A DNA stretch of 64,000 nucleotides from Nageia nagi (GCA_050084985.1 JBITNC010000002.1:16554001-16618000); one strand, 5' to 3'. Counted from the first letter of the stretch, positions 27,856 to 42,100 are shown. Translations and numbers: made by a program. Notes: generated by a model not told the origin, from the sequence alone.

Positions 27856-27976
27856 ATTTATAGCTGTGATCAGACATTTAAAAGAGTATGTTTAAGTAGT
27901 ACAGGTGAAGAGTACATAGTAATAGTCGTACGTTAGGTTTGTTAATAATTGCAGTGCAAATTGGCCTGGGCAGTAC
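27856..27976 (-). promoter_or_regulatory. MIR397-1 promoter: TATA box plus 4 GTAC copper-response motifs
   Basis: TATAAAT on minus strand at 27856-27862; GTAC at 27899, 27912, 27928, 27973 (one more at 27818). Confidence 0.8.
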
Positions 27977-28709
27977 AATATAGTTTTGGAAGAGGCTCGA
28001 GTCCTGTCCCTCGCTCGTATATTTATTTTAATGATCAATCACATGCTATGCTGATCTGAAATTTGCGTTGTCAAAGTATTTTTTAAAAAGAATGATTGAC
28101 TTGGACTGTCTTACACTTCTGTAAAGAATAATTGAAGTAAACTACTCATCTCATCATTTCCGCAGCACTAATGCATTTATGTAGACAGGATAGTTAATAA
28201 TGTTGTTAATAGTTTTGAATAAATATGAGTTGAAGCAATGGTGTTTGAGATTATGTTTTAGTTAAAAGTTTGTAAGAGATTGAAGGTTGATTTGTATTGT
28301 TGTTGTGTAGTATATTTTGAAATATATGAAATTTGAATTTTCATATCATGTTTGAAATTTTGAATAGATCTTAAGAATTTTGTAAGTGTTGTTTATGTTT
28401 TTTCATGATAATAGATATTTAATTAATTTAATATTTTTAGTAATTTTTATTTTATTAGAGCAAGATTTTACATTAAATACTATAAGAATACTATCCACTT
28501 CAAATTTTCTAATAAAATAGTATCTATTAGTAGGTTAGAGGTGATATAATTTATAGCATAATCAAAAGGGTACTCTTACAATCTTTTGTTTTTGGTTTGA
28601 GATTATTGTAAATCTCTTTTTCGGTAGACTTTCATAGAAAACTCTAGAGTTGGTAAACTTGGAAAGTCTATAAAACTGCATCTATTTATTTAGTTATTTC
28701 ATAGCTACA

Positions 28710-28848
28710 ATGGCTACAACTTATTCTTCCTTGTCAATCCCACCATTAAGAGGAGATAATTATAAAAATTGAAAAAAAATCAAGATCAAGATTTTATTGG
28801 AAAAATAAGGAGTCTTTGAGTTTATAGAGAAAGGATATGTAGAGCCTT
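28710..28848 (+). mobile_element. Copia gag N-terminal remnant
   Basis: MATTYSSLSIP..GDNYKN..KIKILLE..VFEFIEKGYVEP, cut by the LTR at 28849. Confidence 0.55.
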
Positions 28849-31302
28849 TGATACATCCTACCCGGGTTAGGACTTTTGATCACCTTATCAGGATCGTAAC
28901 TTTTGATCTAGGTGTCCGTTTGAGCCTTTTTTTCAAATTGAGAAGAATTGAATTCTCCATGCTATGAAAAAGTTCTCATGAAGAGCCTTGGAATTTTTTG
29001 GACCACTTTTTAGGACCTAAAGAGTTCATCTTAGGGCCTAAATATAGCTTTGAATATTATTGAAATCGTAACTTTTAAGAGTGTTAGAATTTTAATATCT
29101 TTTGGGTGTAGTGTTAGTTTAGAAATGTTATTTTTGAAATGGAACAATTGTTGAATAATAGATGCATTTTTCCGTTTTGGAACTCATTCCAGCTATATTT
29201 TATACCTTCTAATAATAGCAAGTCCTATTTTTTCTAAAAAATAGAGATGTACTAATTTAAATAATAAGTATAGGTAGGAGTGTTTTGGGGCCTTTTTGGA
29301 TATAAAATATATTGTAATCCTCTTGAAGGACTTAGTGTAAATACAAGAAATTAATGAAATTATGATTGTAAAATATTATTTTCCATTGATTTGGTTGATT
29401 TTTGTTAATCATTTTGGAGTCCATTTTGAGTCTCTTATAGGAATCTACATCATTTGGTATCATAGTGGGTGTGATCTCACTTAGGGGAGAAGATGCCACT
29501 TGGAAGGGCACGCAGAGGATTATATGCCCAAATGAATAGGCATATAGAGGATCTACATGCATAAATAGAATCATTAATTAATGCGATTAACTGCATGGGG
29601 AAGAAATGACCCAATGCATATCCAAATATAGGATTTGATACTAAGAGCATGGTAGAGGAAGATGGATATGAAGTTGAGATGGAGGTAGAACCAAAAGGTC
29701 CAAAGGGAGTAGTGGAAAGATTTGAAAATAGGTTAATCCAAGCCTTGAAAAGGATAAAAGGAAACTAAGATGGAATCAAGATCGAGGTCCTTAAGTACTC
29801 TGGTGGGTTAAAACCAAAGAACTTTATTGATTGTGTAAACAACATGGAAACATATTTTGAATGGAGTAATCTTTTTGAGGATAAAAAGGTGAAGCTTGCA
29901 TGCAAAAAGTTGAAGGGGCATGTGTTAATTTGATGGTATAATCTATAGACTGCATGATAGAGGAAGGAAAAAGAGAAGATTAGGGCTTGGGCCAAGATGA
30001 AGAAAAAGTTGCAAGAGAAATTTATGCCTATAGACTATTCCCAAGCCTTATTTCATAAATTTTAGAATCTTTGATAAAAGGACCACAACATCGAGGACTA
30101 CACCAACAAGTTCTACAAGTTATCCATTCAAGTGGAGCATAATGAGACAAATGAACAAAGGGCTATGAGGTATGTGAATGGTTTAAGGTTTTTTATTCAA
30201 GATGAGATAAATGTGCATCACATTCTTATTGTAGAGGATGCATACCAAATAGCCCTAAAAGCTAAAGAGGATTAATAAAGGGGTAAGAAAGGATTAGCAC
30301 CCTCTTCAAATTGAGTGCATGGTAGATCCAATTTTTTCAAGGGCTTGAATCTTCAATATTTTCCAAAGAAGAGGATTAGGATGGACAAGGTCAAGGTACC
30401 TTCCAAAGAGGAAGAGGTAATGGGAAAGATAGTACTAGGAATGGACCATGGAAAGGTCATTCATCTATTATAGATATGGAGAGGAAGGTCATAAAGAATA
30501 TGGACATCCCTAGTATGATGGTAAAGAGAGGGGACCAACTAGGGTCATTCTAGTCAATGAAGAGGAGGAGCATGAGATATAAGTTACTGCAAATATGGGT
30601 GAAACTCTCATGATAAGGAGAGAACTAATTGTTCCAAAGAAGATGGTGGAGATTCTTGGCTACATACTAATATCTTACGCATAAGATGCACATAGGGAGG
30701 AAAGATATGTAATGTGGTCATTGATAGTGGTAGTTATGAAAATATAATCTCTAATATTATTGTTGATAAATTAAATCTAAGATGTGAGAAGCATCCAAAA
30801 CCCTATCGTGTTTCAAGGATTAAGAAAGGAAATGAAGGGTAATTTAAGAATATTGTTAATGATAATTTATAAGCATTCAATTAATTGAACTTGCAAGAGC
30901 TGAGTCCTTTTCAACTAGAGGATAATGATACACTCTACTAGGCTAGAATGTTTTATCACTAGGATCGTAACTTTTGATTCAAGTGTCCATTTGAGCCTTT
31001 TTTCAAATAGAGAAGAATTTAATTCTCCACATCGTGGAAAGGGTCTCTTAAAGAACCTTATATTTTTTGGATTACTTTTTAGGACCTAAAGAGTTCATCT
31101 AAGGGCCTAAATTTATGTTTGAAGATTAATTCCTAGCTTTTACAAGTGTTAGAATTTTAATATCTTTTGGGTATAGTGTTAGTTTAAATTTTTTATTTTT
31201 AAAATGGAGAAGTTATTGTATAATGGATGCATGTTTCCATTTTGGAACTCATTCGATCTATATTTTAGGCTTACTAAAAATAGTAATTCCTATTATTTCT
31301 AA
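28849..31302 (+). mobile_element. CRM-like chromoviral Gypsy carrying only gag and protease remnants
   Basis: 5' LTR 28849-29452 (TGATAC..CATCA), PBS TGGTATCA, gag KKVKLACKKLKG..WAKMKKKLQEKFMP..RYVNGL, protease VIDSGSYENII..HPKPY, then second LTR from 30926 (TGATAC) truncated at ~31302. Confidence 0.85.
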
Positions 31303-31529
31303 TTATTATTGTACAAGACATAGTTTGGTAGTTGCAAAATAATATAGAGTAACAATTTAAGTTAATGAAATTGATTAAGAAATCAATTACATATTTTCTA
31401 CTTTTTCTTTGTAGGTGAAATTATGTATGCTTTGTACATGCTTTACTTTATTTAAGGAAAAATGGTGATATAGAAAAGTGGAGAAGCCTCTAAATTATAT
31501 CTTTATTATTTTTTATTTTACAATCTTGT

Positions 31530-32990
31530 TTTTTTTGTAAGGTTAAATTGAAAGGGGTTTTTTAAATAGGAACCCGCCTACAAGAAATAAATTTGGTTCA
31601 TCATCCTTCCCTATTTATTTTATACAGTTTTGGATGTGAGAGAATCAAGGTAATCCATAGGCTAGATACTAGTTACAATCCATTTCTATGTATAATACAA
31701 TTCTAGTCCTAATCTATAGAGAGTATCAACTATGAAGTTCATAGTGAATCTGTCTTCCTTCCATAGAATAATTCTTATCAAGTTTGAGGAGAAAACCTTT
31801 CCCAAACTGAAGCAAGAAGGCCTATTTTCCATTAGCAATATCTTTAATAGTTTCCTTCTCTCTTACCTTGCCATTATTTGATCTTCCCACATGATGCTAG
31901 CCTACATCCATTCTTTTTGACATACTTTTAGTGACTCTATGATCACCTCTGATGAGTCGTGTTTCTTCTTAGTAAATATGGTGACCCTTAGCCACCAAGT
32001 AAACTTTCTTTCCTTTATTCATAGCTATCCTTATGGTTGCCTCCTCTATTTATTGATTTACTGAATCCAAATCCTTTGTGTTTCAACTATTTATGGCTAT
32101 GAGTCGAATGCTCCTCCTTTTTCCTGGTTCATTAATTTCATCTCATTTATGCTTTTAGCTATTTCATATAGTGGTTTGAGGGCTACCTAAACTCCATTAG
32201 CCTCTCTATCCATTGATGACGCTTTCTCCTAATCCTGATCCTCAAGCTTTCCTTTTAATCTCCATTCCTTTTTCTCTACAGAGATTCTAGTCGAACATGA
32301 TTGTTCATTGTATCCAACCTTAGTGCAAATTTGATTGAGATAAATATTTTGCTCATACTTAATCCTTTGGTTATGCTTACTAAACTTTGATTCATGAAAT
32401 ATTGATGGGTATTTTAGTACCAAAATCCACCATGACATACATTCTAGCTGCTTGAGTATGGTGCACACTTTTGTAACTGGGTATGCAATGATAAACTTAC
32501 CAAATACATATGTTGTTCTTTCATAGACCTTTTGATTCAAAAATTTCATCAGGGAACCTGTGAGAATCACCCACATTAGAGTCGCCATTAGTTGAGTCTT
32601 TTTCAAATCAAAGCTAGGATAACATTTCTCCAAAATCATTCCTCTCTTTTCAAAAAAACATGGTCTACTCAAAACTTGATCTCTATCTTTTTCTGACCCA
32701 AATGTGAACATAATGAAATCATTTAGCATGGTAGCCACTTCTACCTTGGTCTTCACCTTCCATCGTGAACTAACCCATTCCCAGATGAGATCAATATTTG
32801 ATTTTATGCCATGCATTTTCCTAATTACACTTAATCGACCTCTTTCTTCTACTTGTGTGATTACATCATTCAAGATTATTAGAGAGATTTTATCCCCCTT
32901 TGCTTCTGCTTGTAAATGAGGTATCACTTGAGCTTGAGGTATCTCCCCTTGGGAGAGTTTCCACACTCAATTGATGGATGCCATGGCATA
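31530..32990 (-). mobile_element. L1 LINE remnant (ORF1, DUF4283-like, and decayed ORF2 start)
   Basis: ORF 32229-32966: WVSSRW..FIMFTF.SEKDRDQVL..P.FF..MILEK.YPSFD..MWVIL..L plus decayed zinc knuckle CTKVGYNEQSC. Confidence 0.75.
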
Positions 32991-33909
32991 CTACAAAGTT
33001 TGGCTTCTACGCAAGAACTTTATAGATACTATGCTTGACCTAACCCATTTTATAATCTTGTTTTAAAGTTCAATATAATATACTTTTTACACTTTATGTT
33101 ATTATTTAATCAATTATTATTATTATTTTTTTATATATTAGCAAAGTTTGTGGATAATATTCATGTTAGTAGATTATTAGTCCTTTAGTATTTAATATAT
33201 GTTTCTAGGACTATAAGTTTCTCAATTAGATAAAGTATTTACTCTAGGAATATAATTTTTAAATGGAAAATGAACTATCTCAAGAAGGCATGATTGATTT
33301 TTCATATAAAAGGTTCTATATGCATTTAAACTAAGTTATCTTGATGATATCTAGTTATTTCGTAGGTTCATTTCCACATGTTTAGCATGTTCTTAAGTAA
33401 AGGAATAATGTAGATTTGGGACACATGAAATATTTTACTTCTTTTGTGATGTAAAAATATGTAATGAGATCCATTATGATTATGAACTTTAATTAATACA
33501 TACTAACTACTATTATTTTTAGGAGATTTTTAATAGAGATAGATAAATATCATACATATTTGACACTTATCCCCCTCTCTTCATGAAGGAAAAAGAAGTT
33601 GATCTATAAAAAATAAAAAAAATGATAAATTGAGTAATTTATGAGAAAATTATTTTCTCAAATATTGATTGATACTTAACACTTTTATATGTAAATTTTT
33701 ATAGTGATTTAAAGATCATGTTTTTTAAATGTGGAATACATAAATCCTTTTAAATTTGAATAATATTTCTTTTTCTTTTTCAATAATGTCTATGATGTTT
33801 ATTATGCATACTATAAATAAAAATATAATTTTACTAGAACCATTGTATTATATGAAGTCTTTTCAATTATGAAAATAACATGAAACAAAGATAGATGTTA
33901 CTATAATAT

Positions 33910-34365
33910 GTAGTCAAGAAAATGAAGTTGTTCAAAGAAGAAACTATTCTATTGTTGAGATGGCTAATATGTGTGTTGAACTTCAATAGTATTTTTCTTC
34001 AAGATGTATGCCAAATGAATTTGTTGAATTCTTGAAGCAACACGGAATCAAAATATATCTTATCATAACATATTCTCAACAAGATGGAGTTGTTCAAAGT
34101 TAAACTATTACATTGCTAATATGATAAATGCATGTTGAAGGCTACCAATCTTGAATAGTATTCTTTTTTTGTAAAAGTTATCAATACAACAATTTATTTA
34201 TTAAATTACTCCAATATTAAGTCACTTGCTACAATGGGACATTGAAGAGCTTTTGATTGATAGAAAACTTATGTCAAGTCTTCGAAAGTACAAGATATAT
34301 GTACATTCCTAAGTAAATACACAACAAAGTAGATGAGAAGAGTATCAAATGTGTTCTTATTGGTT
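33910..34365 (+). mobile_element. Copia integrase remnant
   Basis: QENEVVQRRNYSIVEMA, EFVEFLKQHGI, KVDEKSIKCVLIG. Confidence 0.65.
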
Positions 34366-36056
34366 TTTTGTTCTTACAAATGAAGATTTTGAAAAAGAAA
34401 ATTTTAAGAGGAAAATTTTTGAGGTGGTTTCTTAAAAATAAGCCTCAAAGAAATATGTAGCATAAATGGTGTATTGATATAGTAGTATAATGTTATCTAA
34501 ACCCACAAACATCTCGACATATGGTGGAAAAGAAGTAAAACTAAAGAGATTGATTATAACTTCATGTGTAAGATTGTTAGTGATCTAGAACTACAGAAAA
34601 TAAAAAGAATTCCTTGGATTGCCTTTTTAGAATAAAATAATTGAATTTGCTTAGTATAGTTCCTTCATTGAAGTACAAGAGATGGGGGCTCCATAATGCA
34701 CCATTTACAAAGAAGTAATTCCTTGCAATTTTGTACTTTAAATAAACTATTTAGAGTATAATCAATAAATGCAAGATTTATCTTACAAAAGGTTACACAT
34801 ATAAGGAGGACCAAAAGATATTATTAAAAATGTTGATCTTCTTAATGTATGATATATCAAAATTGATGATCATCTTTTCTCTCAAACTTTTGAATAAGTC
34901 GTTTATATTTTAATTTTGATATTTATCAAGAACTTAGAGAAAAAAGTAAAAGTATATTACCAACGGGAGATCAACCAATCTATGAGACGATTGTAGTAGA
35001 CTATTACATAGCATGCATATATTTGTAATAGGAATCAACATCCAACATAAGACATAAAACACAACAAAATCAACACATAAAGAATGACCATTCTAATTTA
35101 TGTTAATAATTTATTATTCATGAAAAGAAAAATTATACTTTTGTTTTATAAATTAAGTATGAAAAATATTACTTGAGAAATTTCTTACCATAAATTGCGA
35201 ACTTACATTATTAAAAAATCATTTTAACGTTGTAGACAAAATATTACATTGTTTCTTGATTTGACAAGAAATGGGAGAGGTTTTTTTTAAAGTATTGAAG
35301 GAAAATCAGGTCAATCAAAACCAGGCATTAGAAGCCCTTAAACACAATTAAAACAGATGAATGACGCAGAGTCTTCAGTTGTCAGCTGGAAAGCCAAAGC
35401 GTATCGATCAGGTAAATAATGAAGAGTATTGATCAGGTAAATAATGAAGCCTCTTATTATTGGGGAAACTTTGGTACAGAATGCTCCATTTTTGAAACCA
35501 CTTCTTTAATTTCTTAGTATTTTTTAAATCTCTGTTTTCAGGTTTCTTCGAGTTCTTCGTAGTCTCTTTTAATGTGTCTGAAAGCCTGAAAGAGATCTGT
35601 GTGCAAGAGAGGTTTACAATCGATCAACCACAGTTGAAGAATTTCAAAGCCATTCATATGGATTGATAAAAGTCTTCAAACGAATGGAAAGATGGGATTC
35701 AAAATTTCAAACATAAACACCCGCTATGGAAAATGCCTTTTCTATCAGTCCACCTAGCATGTGTTCGCCGATCTGTACGCATTTTCTGCACTCCTCCATT
35801 GAATTTTCAGAAATATGTCAATTTTTTGTAACATCTGTTCTGCAGTTTGTTGACAGCAAAATAAAATCTTAAGAACCATCTATTTAAATTAAAAGATAGA
35901 ATTTGAAACTTCAAAAAATAGAAGCAGCCTTGGCATTAATGAACTGTATAAATTTCACTCACATGTTGTATGAGACGAACTCTTATTGTTGGAAATGTGT
36001 ATCTGGTACATAATAATCTCCGTTACATTCCATTTAATTCCAAGCCAATAGATTTC

Positions 36057-36160
36057 CAAAAGCATTATTGAGAGCAGCATTGACGATTCAATGGATTGAA
36101 ATGAAGAGAAGAGGTGCCCCTGCGTTGGAATCGTCAATGCTGCAGTCAATGATGCTTCTG
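36057..36160 (-). ncRNA. MIR397: MIR397 precursor, copy 2; variant mature UCAUUGACUGCAGCAUUGACG (36132-36152)
   Basis: Paralogous to copy 1 over more than 1 kb; mature arm differs from canonical at G8C, G15A, U20C; pairs with 36065-36085 (positions 10-21 perfect, mismatches at 2, 8, 9). Confidence 0.88.
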
Positions 36161-36206
36161 CTTTGGCAACACATCACTCCAAAGTTGTTGGACAAATTTG
36201 TTCTGG

Positions 36207-36412
36207 TGAGATGCTGTGTAAGAATCAATTTATGGCTGTGATGAGATGCCGTGTAAGAATCAATTTATGGCTGTGATGAAACATTTTAGATAGTGAGTTT
36301 AGGTAGTACAACCGAAAAGTACATAGTAAGAGACAGCTTGCTTGCAATTGCAGTACAGATTAGTTTGAGCAGTACAATATAGTTTTGTAAAAGGCTGGAA
36401 TCTGTAAAGTAC
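36207..36412 (-). promoter_or_regulatory. MIR397-2 promoter: duplicated CATAAAT box plus 5 GTAC motifs
   Basis: 35-bp tandem duplication 36207-36276 covers the TATA-homologous site; GTAC at 36306, 36319, 36353, 36372, 36409. Confidence 0.78.
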
Positions 36413-37169
36413 AAATATATTTAATTTAATGATACACTACATAGTGTGCTGATCCTGTCAAAGTGTTTGAAAAAAGAATATTTGAATTATACATGGTGTT
36501 TGGATAACGAAGAGACAGTTTGCCATGATGAAGGGAATGGAATTCGACTGTCATACTCTTCTGCAAAGAATGATGGAATTTAACTACCAATCTCATCATT
36601 CCGGCAACACTAAATTTACGAAAGTAAACAAACAAAATAAAAATAGGCTTCCTTCTTTTATGACATGACTTCTATTCAATTTGTCATAGACAATTTTTAA
36701 CCAAGACAACAATTAATTTTATTTTATTTTTAAATCTTCAAGCATGTTGAACAATAACGGAAACAGTTTCCATAAATCCATTCTAAATGAATGTATTTCA
36801 TTGTTAACACCATTAGTTCATTTTCTATTTATATCAATCATTTTTTAATGAAGTAATGCATGAATTTAATTTTGTGAAGAGAGTGTTATTAAACATAAAT
36901 GCTTAAACTCAAGTGAAGAATTCTATGATGTTTCAATACATGATATTCCATACTTTTGTTTTTATAAAAGTTTAGGATGGGAAAAATGGAAATAAGAGTA
37001 GTAAATAGTCCTAATACCTACTTAGATTGAAATAATCAAAGATAAACGATATCGGAAATAAATAATATTCAACCAATAACAAATTGGTACCTATCAAAAT
37101 GGAAGATCAGATACTTACCTATGATACTTATGCGTTACGGATGAAAGGAAGCAAGACATGAATGAGCAA

Positions 37170-39120
37170 CGATAAGATGATGACATCATACAAATCACAG
37201 CTTGTCAATATGTCAGAAAAGGTCATTATCGATCCTCAATGGACCATTATTAGTCCTTGGTAGGTCATCATCAATCCTTAATAGGTCATCGTTAGTCCTC
37301 ATTAGGCCATTTACAGTCCTATTTTGCAAGAACTATGCATTGTGACCAAGTTTGATGCTTCCTTCACCTACTTAGATGTCGAAAATGTTCACAATAACAA
37401 TTTTAGTGGAACATGCCAATTTTGCTCCAGGAAGTGTTTGGATAGGTTTGATCCATGTTGATCTTATCGACATGTATGAAAATAATTTTAAATAGTGTTA
37501 GATATGTCTATTTAGTGTTCGGGTCGATTGGTGGCATCATCGGTACTTGGTCGAGTGATTTTGTACTTTTTAAGATAGATAAAAATGTGTTTTGAAATAG
37601 CCTCTGTACAGGTGAAATATTTCAAAATTTGAGAGGATTTAGGATATTAAATTCTTACAAGAGGTATTTTAAAATACAGAGAACATATAGTTAAAATTTT
37701 TGCTCAAATGGAGATTTGAGGAAGAAATGGTATGAGTTGCAAAAAGCTAGTTTGTTACTTTTTCTAGCTTTGACGATGCAAAATCAACATCAGAGGCCTT
37801 TTTGCAGGAGGATTTACAAGCAACTCAAAAATTGAAATTTGAACTATAAGTGTAAGGATATAGTGTGAGCTTAATTTTCAAATTTCATCCAAAATCGATA
37901 TCCTAACAAGAAGTTATGGCTCTTGGAAATTGGATTCAGAGCACTTTTTCCAATTTTGGATAGTTTCATTTTTGTGATAGTTTTGCTTTCGAATGCTCAA
38001 ATTCATATTTTCTAATTGTTGAATTCTCCATTCAAGTGTTATTTCACTCTTAGCTCATCGAACTAAACATATTTGCCTTTTGATCTGTGTGATTTCGATG
38101 CCTCCAAGTGTAAGAATGAGAAAGTTGCACAATAGTTTGGCCATATATTGTTTGACAAAATGTTTCAACAATTTTAGTAATATATGCAAATGTGAAAATA
38201 TTTTTTACTTAAATTGGTATCATGAGAGAATAATGTAGCATGGAATATTAGTTTTTCCTCATAAGAATAATTGGTAGGTGACAGGAGTTACAAATGAGAA
38301 TATTACATAAGAGGGAGTTACATAAAGAAAGTAGTTATAAAAGGAGTGATATAAGGAAAGACTATGAAAAGAGGTTTACTTAGAGAGTTGGGCGGGTTCT
38401 TTTGATTTTAGGGAATTGAGAGAGAGGAGTAATTAAAATAAAAAGTTTACTTTTTGAATTTTTGTAGAGGATTCTCAAAGACATGTGAGAAACGAGAGTG
38501 TGGTGGAAGCAATAAAATGGTGAATGTAATAAGAGAGTTTATGTTTTGAATAATAACAAAGTAAGTGCCATCGGATCATCAATGGATGTTATCTTTACTT
38601 TTTGGCTGAGAGCTATAGAGTCAGTTCAAGCGTTATTATGGTGAAATAAGATTTGAAATTTGATTTGTCAATGTGAAGGTGAAAGATTTTAGTGAGTTAG
38701 AACACTCAAGGTCTTATTCATAGGAATCAAATTCTTCTTTAGAGCTTTTTTCATTTTTTCATGTCGATTCTTGGTAACAGGTTTTGGTGCTCTTTTTAGT
38801 TGGTGTTGTTAAATCTAGGGATTGGTGTCTCCTTACAGTTGGTGCTGATAAACTTTTAGGTTGATGGGTACCATTCCTGATAGTGGATGCTGTCAAAATT
38901 TTGTAAATACCAAATATTTTGAGGTTGTATTTGGATAGGAGTCCAAATAAGCCATTAACATAGTGATTTTTCCCGCATTGGGTTTCTATTATAAATCTAG
39001 TGTTGTGTGATTGCTTTATTTAATTTGAGTTTCTTGCAAGTATTTATTCATGTAGTTGGGTTAAATTTCAAATTTATACATTGATTCACGCCCTCCCCTC
39101 TCGGTGTCACACCTATTTCA
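37170..39120 (+). mobile_element. Older Sirevirus-like LTR remnant (5' boundary unclear)
   Basis: 3' end ACATTGATTCACGCCCTCCCCTCTCGGTGTCAC..TTTCA mirrors the end of 1174-3377; shares CAGTTGGTGCTG and GATGATGACATCAT motifs. Confidence 0.65.
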
Positions 39121-42100
39121 ATAAGATTATGGCATGACATAGTATTTTGTGATGATGTCATGCTAGTAAAATCTTAAACTTAGTTATTATAGTGTAACAT
39201 AGTGTATTAGAGGATAACATCATCCTAGTGATTCTTGGATAAAAAAATTTCATAATATATATTTCAAAACTCACATCATATAGACTATTTTATACCTTCC
39301 CAGATTCAAATCTAAGTTGTGATAATGTCATGATGGTAAAACCCCCAGTAATACATTATTTTCTCATTTTTTGGGAATAGAATACTTAAAAATATGCCTC
39401 ATCAGATTATAGTTTTGTATTTCCTCACAAACAAAATCTTCAAATGATTTCTATGTTTTGCTCTACTTTATCTTGACTTCTTACCCAGAAACTTTCAGCT
39501 CAAAACAACGTCATATAATAAACTTATATCCAAAATGCAACCCATAGTTTTGTAGAACTTTAACAAGAATGAACTCATGTTCTTAAAAATGAAAGTTCAT
39601 TATGGAGATATGGATTGTTATTTGCATCAATAAAAGTATGGTGAATCATGTATAGGATGATGAAAGAATTTGAGCCATGGATCTAATTCATAGAAAAAGC
39701 TCAAAATATGACTGATTGAAAAGATTGATGAATCCAATTTGATTTTCATGAATATTAAGGATCACCATGAATCAAATCTTATTACCATTAACTTGTGTTG
39801 GACGGATATCAAGAAGATGTTGATCCAAAAAATATGAGGATCAAATCCAATAGTCAATAATATCAAGCTTATATATTGATTGATAAAATACCAATTGAGA
39901 ATTATAATGGAATCATATCGAACATCGACTAAAATTCAAGAGATCCTAACACTAATAAGTTCATGTTCGTAAGGATATAAAGTACGTTTGACATAAACTT
40001 GAAGAGATTGGTTAAGGAGATAATAGATCAAATCTTATCTCCATTAATTCTAATTGAATACTGAGGAATTTGATGTTGGATAGAGACAAGTTCTAATCTA
40101 GATAAGTTTTATTTCATTAAATGCATTAATCTTTTATGTTTTTCTCTATTGTAGAAAGATAATTTGTAATGGCTATATAAGCTAGAAAAGTTTACTCAAA
40201 AAATGAGTTAGAATAGCTAAAACTTTGGGTATTTTTAGGATTTTTCTTATGCTTTCTTGATTATCTTCCTCTATCCATAACTAGCTTTCTTTTTAATATT
40301 TCTACTAGATGTTATTTTAATATCTTCCATATGATATCTAATAAGAATTGTTAGAGCCTAAAAGTGTTGTATTCTTTATGAATGATTATCTATTTGTTTG
40401 AAACTTTTAGATATTAAGAGTTTATTCAAAAATTGATCCCATTATGATTAGAATTGGTCATTCATATCGATTGGTTATAGGTTGGATTCAGTAAAGTGTA
40501 GCAATTCTTAATAGATTCTTAGTAGTTAGTAGAATAATGATATATTTTCTTGCTTTATTTTATATTTCTTTTGAAACCATTATGATCCATAGTCCAAATA
40601 TAGAAGAGTATTATGATCCATAGTCCCATGATCTATTTTCTTTCTTTATTTTATAACTTAGAAAATACCGTATAAATTTAACCTTGTGCATGGTCAACAT
40701 ATCATTGTCTACCAACTGGCATAGATATTCTATCATCTTAATTATATTTTTTTAGAAATTATCAAGCATATTTATACTATTAGGTACTTAACCCTAATAG
40801 AGGGAAGGATTAACACCCTTCCACTAGAGTTGTGGTGGTCATAGTAGACTTCCCTTGGATTTGCAAGCTCAAGGTAAGGTCATCCAGGTTTCATGACACA
40901 AAAAATACCATTACCAAGCAGTTCAATTATTTTTTTTCTTTTGGATTTGGAAGCTTTTCCATCATATATTTAGAAATTTCTTCAATAGGATAAGAATGGG
41001 GAGAACTTATGGTAAGATGACCATACCTGAATGGTATATCCTACAATGAAATGGTAGGTTCTCATAATTGATTGATCCTATTCAAATTTCTCTCCTTATA
41101 TTTTAACCTTCATGGGAAAATAATTATCCAAGCCAAGGTAGACAAAACTCTTAGTGTAAGAACTAGTATTGAAGCCTTGTTTCCTATCTAACACCTGCAT
41201 AAAGATATCTAGAGATTTATTGATGGTATCAAACAATCACTCCTTCCAAAAAACCAAAGAGAAATTTTACAATCTAACCCAAACTAGAGAAAATCAAAGA
41301 AATTATTTATTTAATTTAAATTTTGTATATCAAGGCTTTATAAATAACCCATCCTTTCTTAGGAACTAAGCACCCCTTAGAAAACTATATCTCTATCTTC
41401 TTTAGGCTCGAAATAATAAAGGAAATACCCATAGGAATATATGATAAAACTAACCCCTATGCTATTACATCTATTTTACCCCCAAAACCATTGGATTACA
41501 AGAAGATGGGGGTGATTGTCCAAGAAGAAATGAATTAGGGCTTTTGATTCTAGCTCCATTTATACTTTGTTGATATCTAGGTTCTTTATCCTTACAATGG
41601 GTTCTTCCTTTGCAATGAGTGGATAACCAAATTCATTCTTATGGTATAAAGTGGGGGTGCAAACAAGCTATCACTACCCATTAGAGACCAAATAATAAAC
41701 AATGAAGTATGAATTTTTCTTTAACATGTCCTTATAGGAGGGATTTGATGGTTGAAATTGATCTCCTCCATTGAAGTTTTACATTATTGATGACTATAAG
41801 AATCCTTCCAAATTCATAATGAATGTGTTGACCTCAATGATAAAAAACTCACTTCGAATTAAGGATGATAGAACCCCTTATTTCATTAAAATAAAGTCAT
41901 CGCTTAATATATATATATTTGTGTGTATGTATGTATATATACACTTCCATCTATTTTTTGAAAGATAAATGAATTTGAACTAAATAATGTGGATCTTACA
42001 TATTACTTTTTGGAATGGAAGTATACCAAACTAAAGAAGGTATTTTTTTAAAGAGATTCAATATAAAAAATTGTAATGAATTTATAACATAATTTTCTCT

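Larger units (their letters stand above)
26990..28180. repeat. Segmental duplicate of 35177-36620 (MIR397 locus unit)
   Basis: Shared anchors ATAAATTGC.AACTTACATT, CAGCTGGAAAGCCA, CCTGAAAGAGATCTG, GAACTGTATAAATTTCACTCACATG, the hairpin, the GTAC block and TCTCATCATT. Confidence 0.9.

Noticed and set aside
27596-27856. ORFs containing the laccase motif INAALND (also 46343-46537) as laccase gene fragments
   Set aside because: Only the 21-nt motif matches; it is the reverse complement of mature miR397 inside a hairpin, with no other laccase sequence around it.
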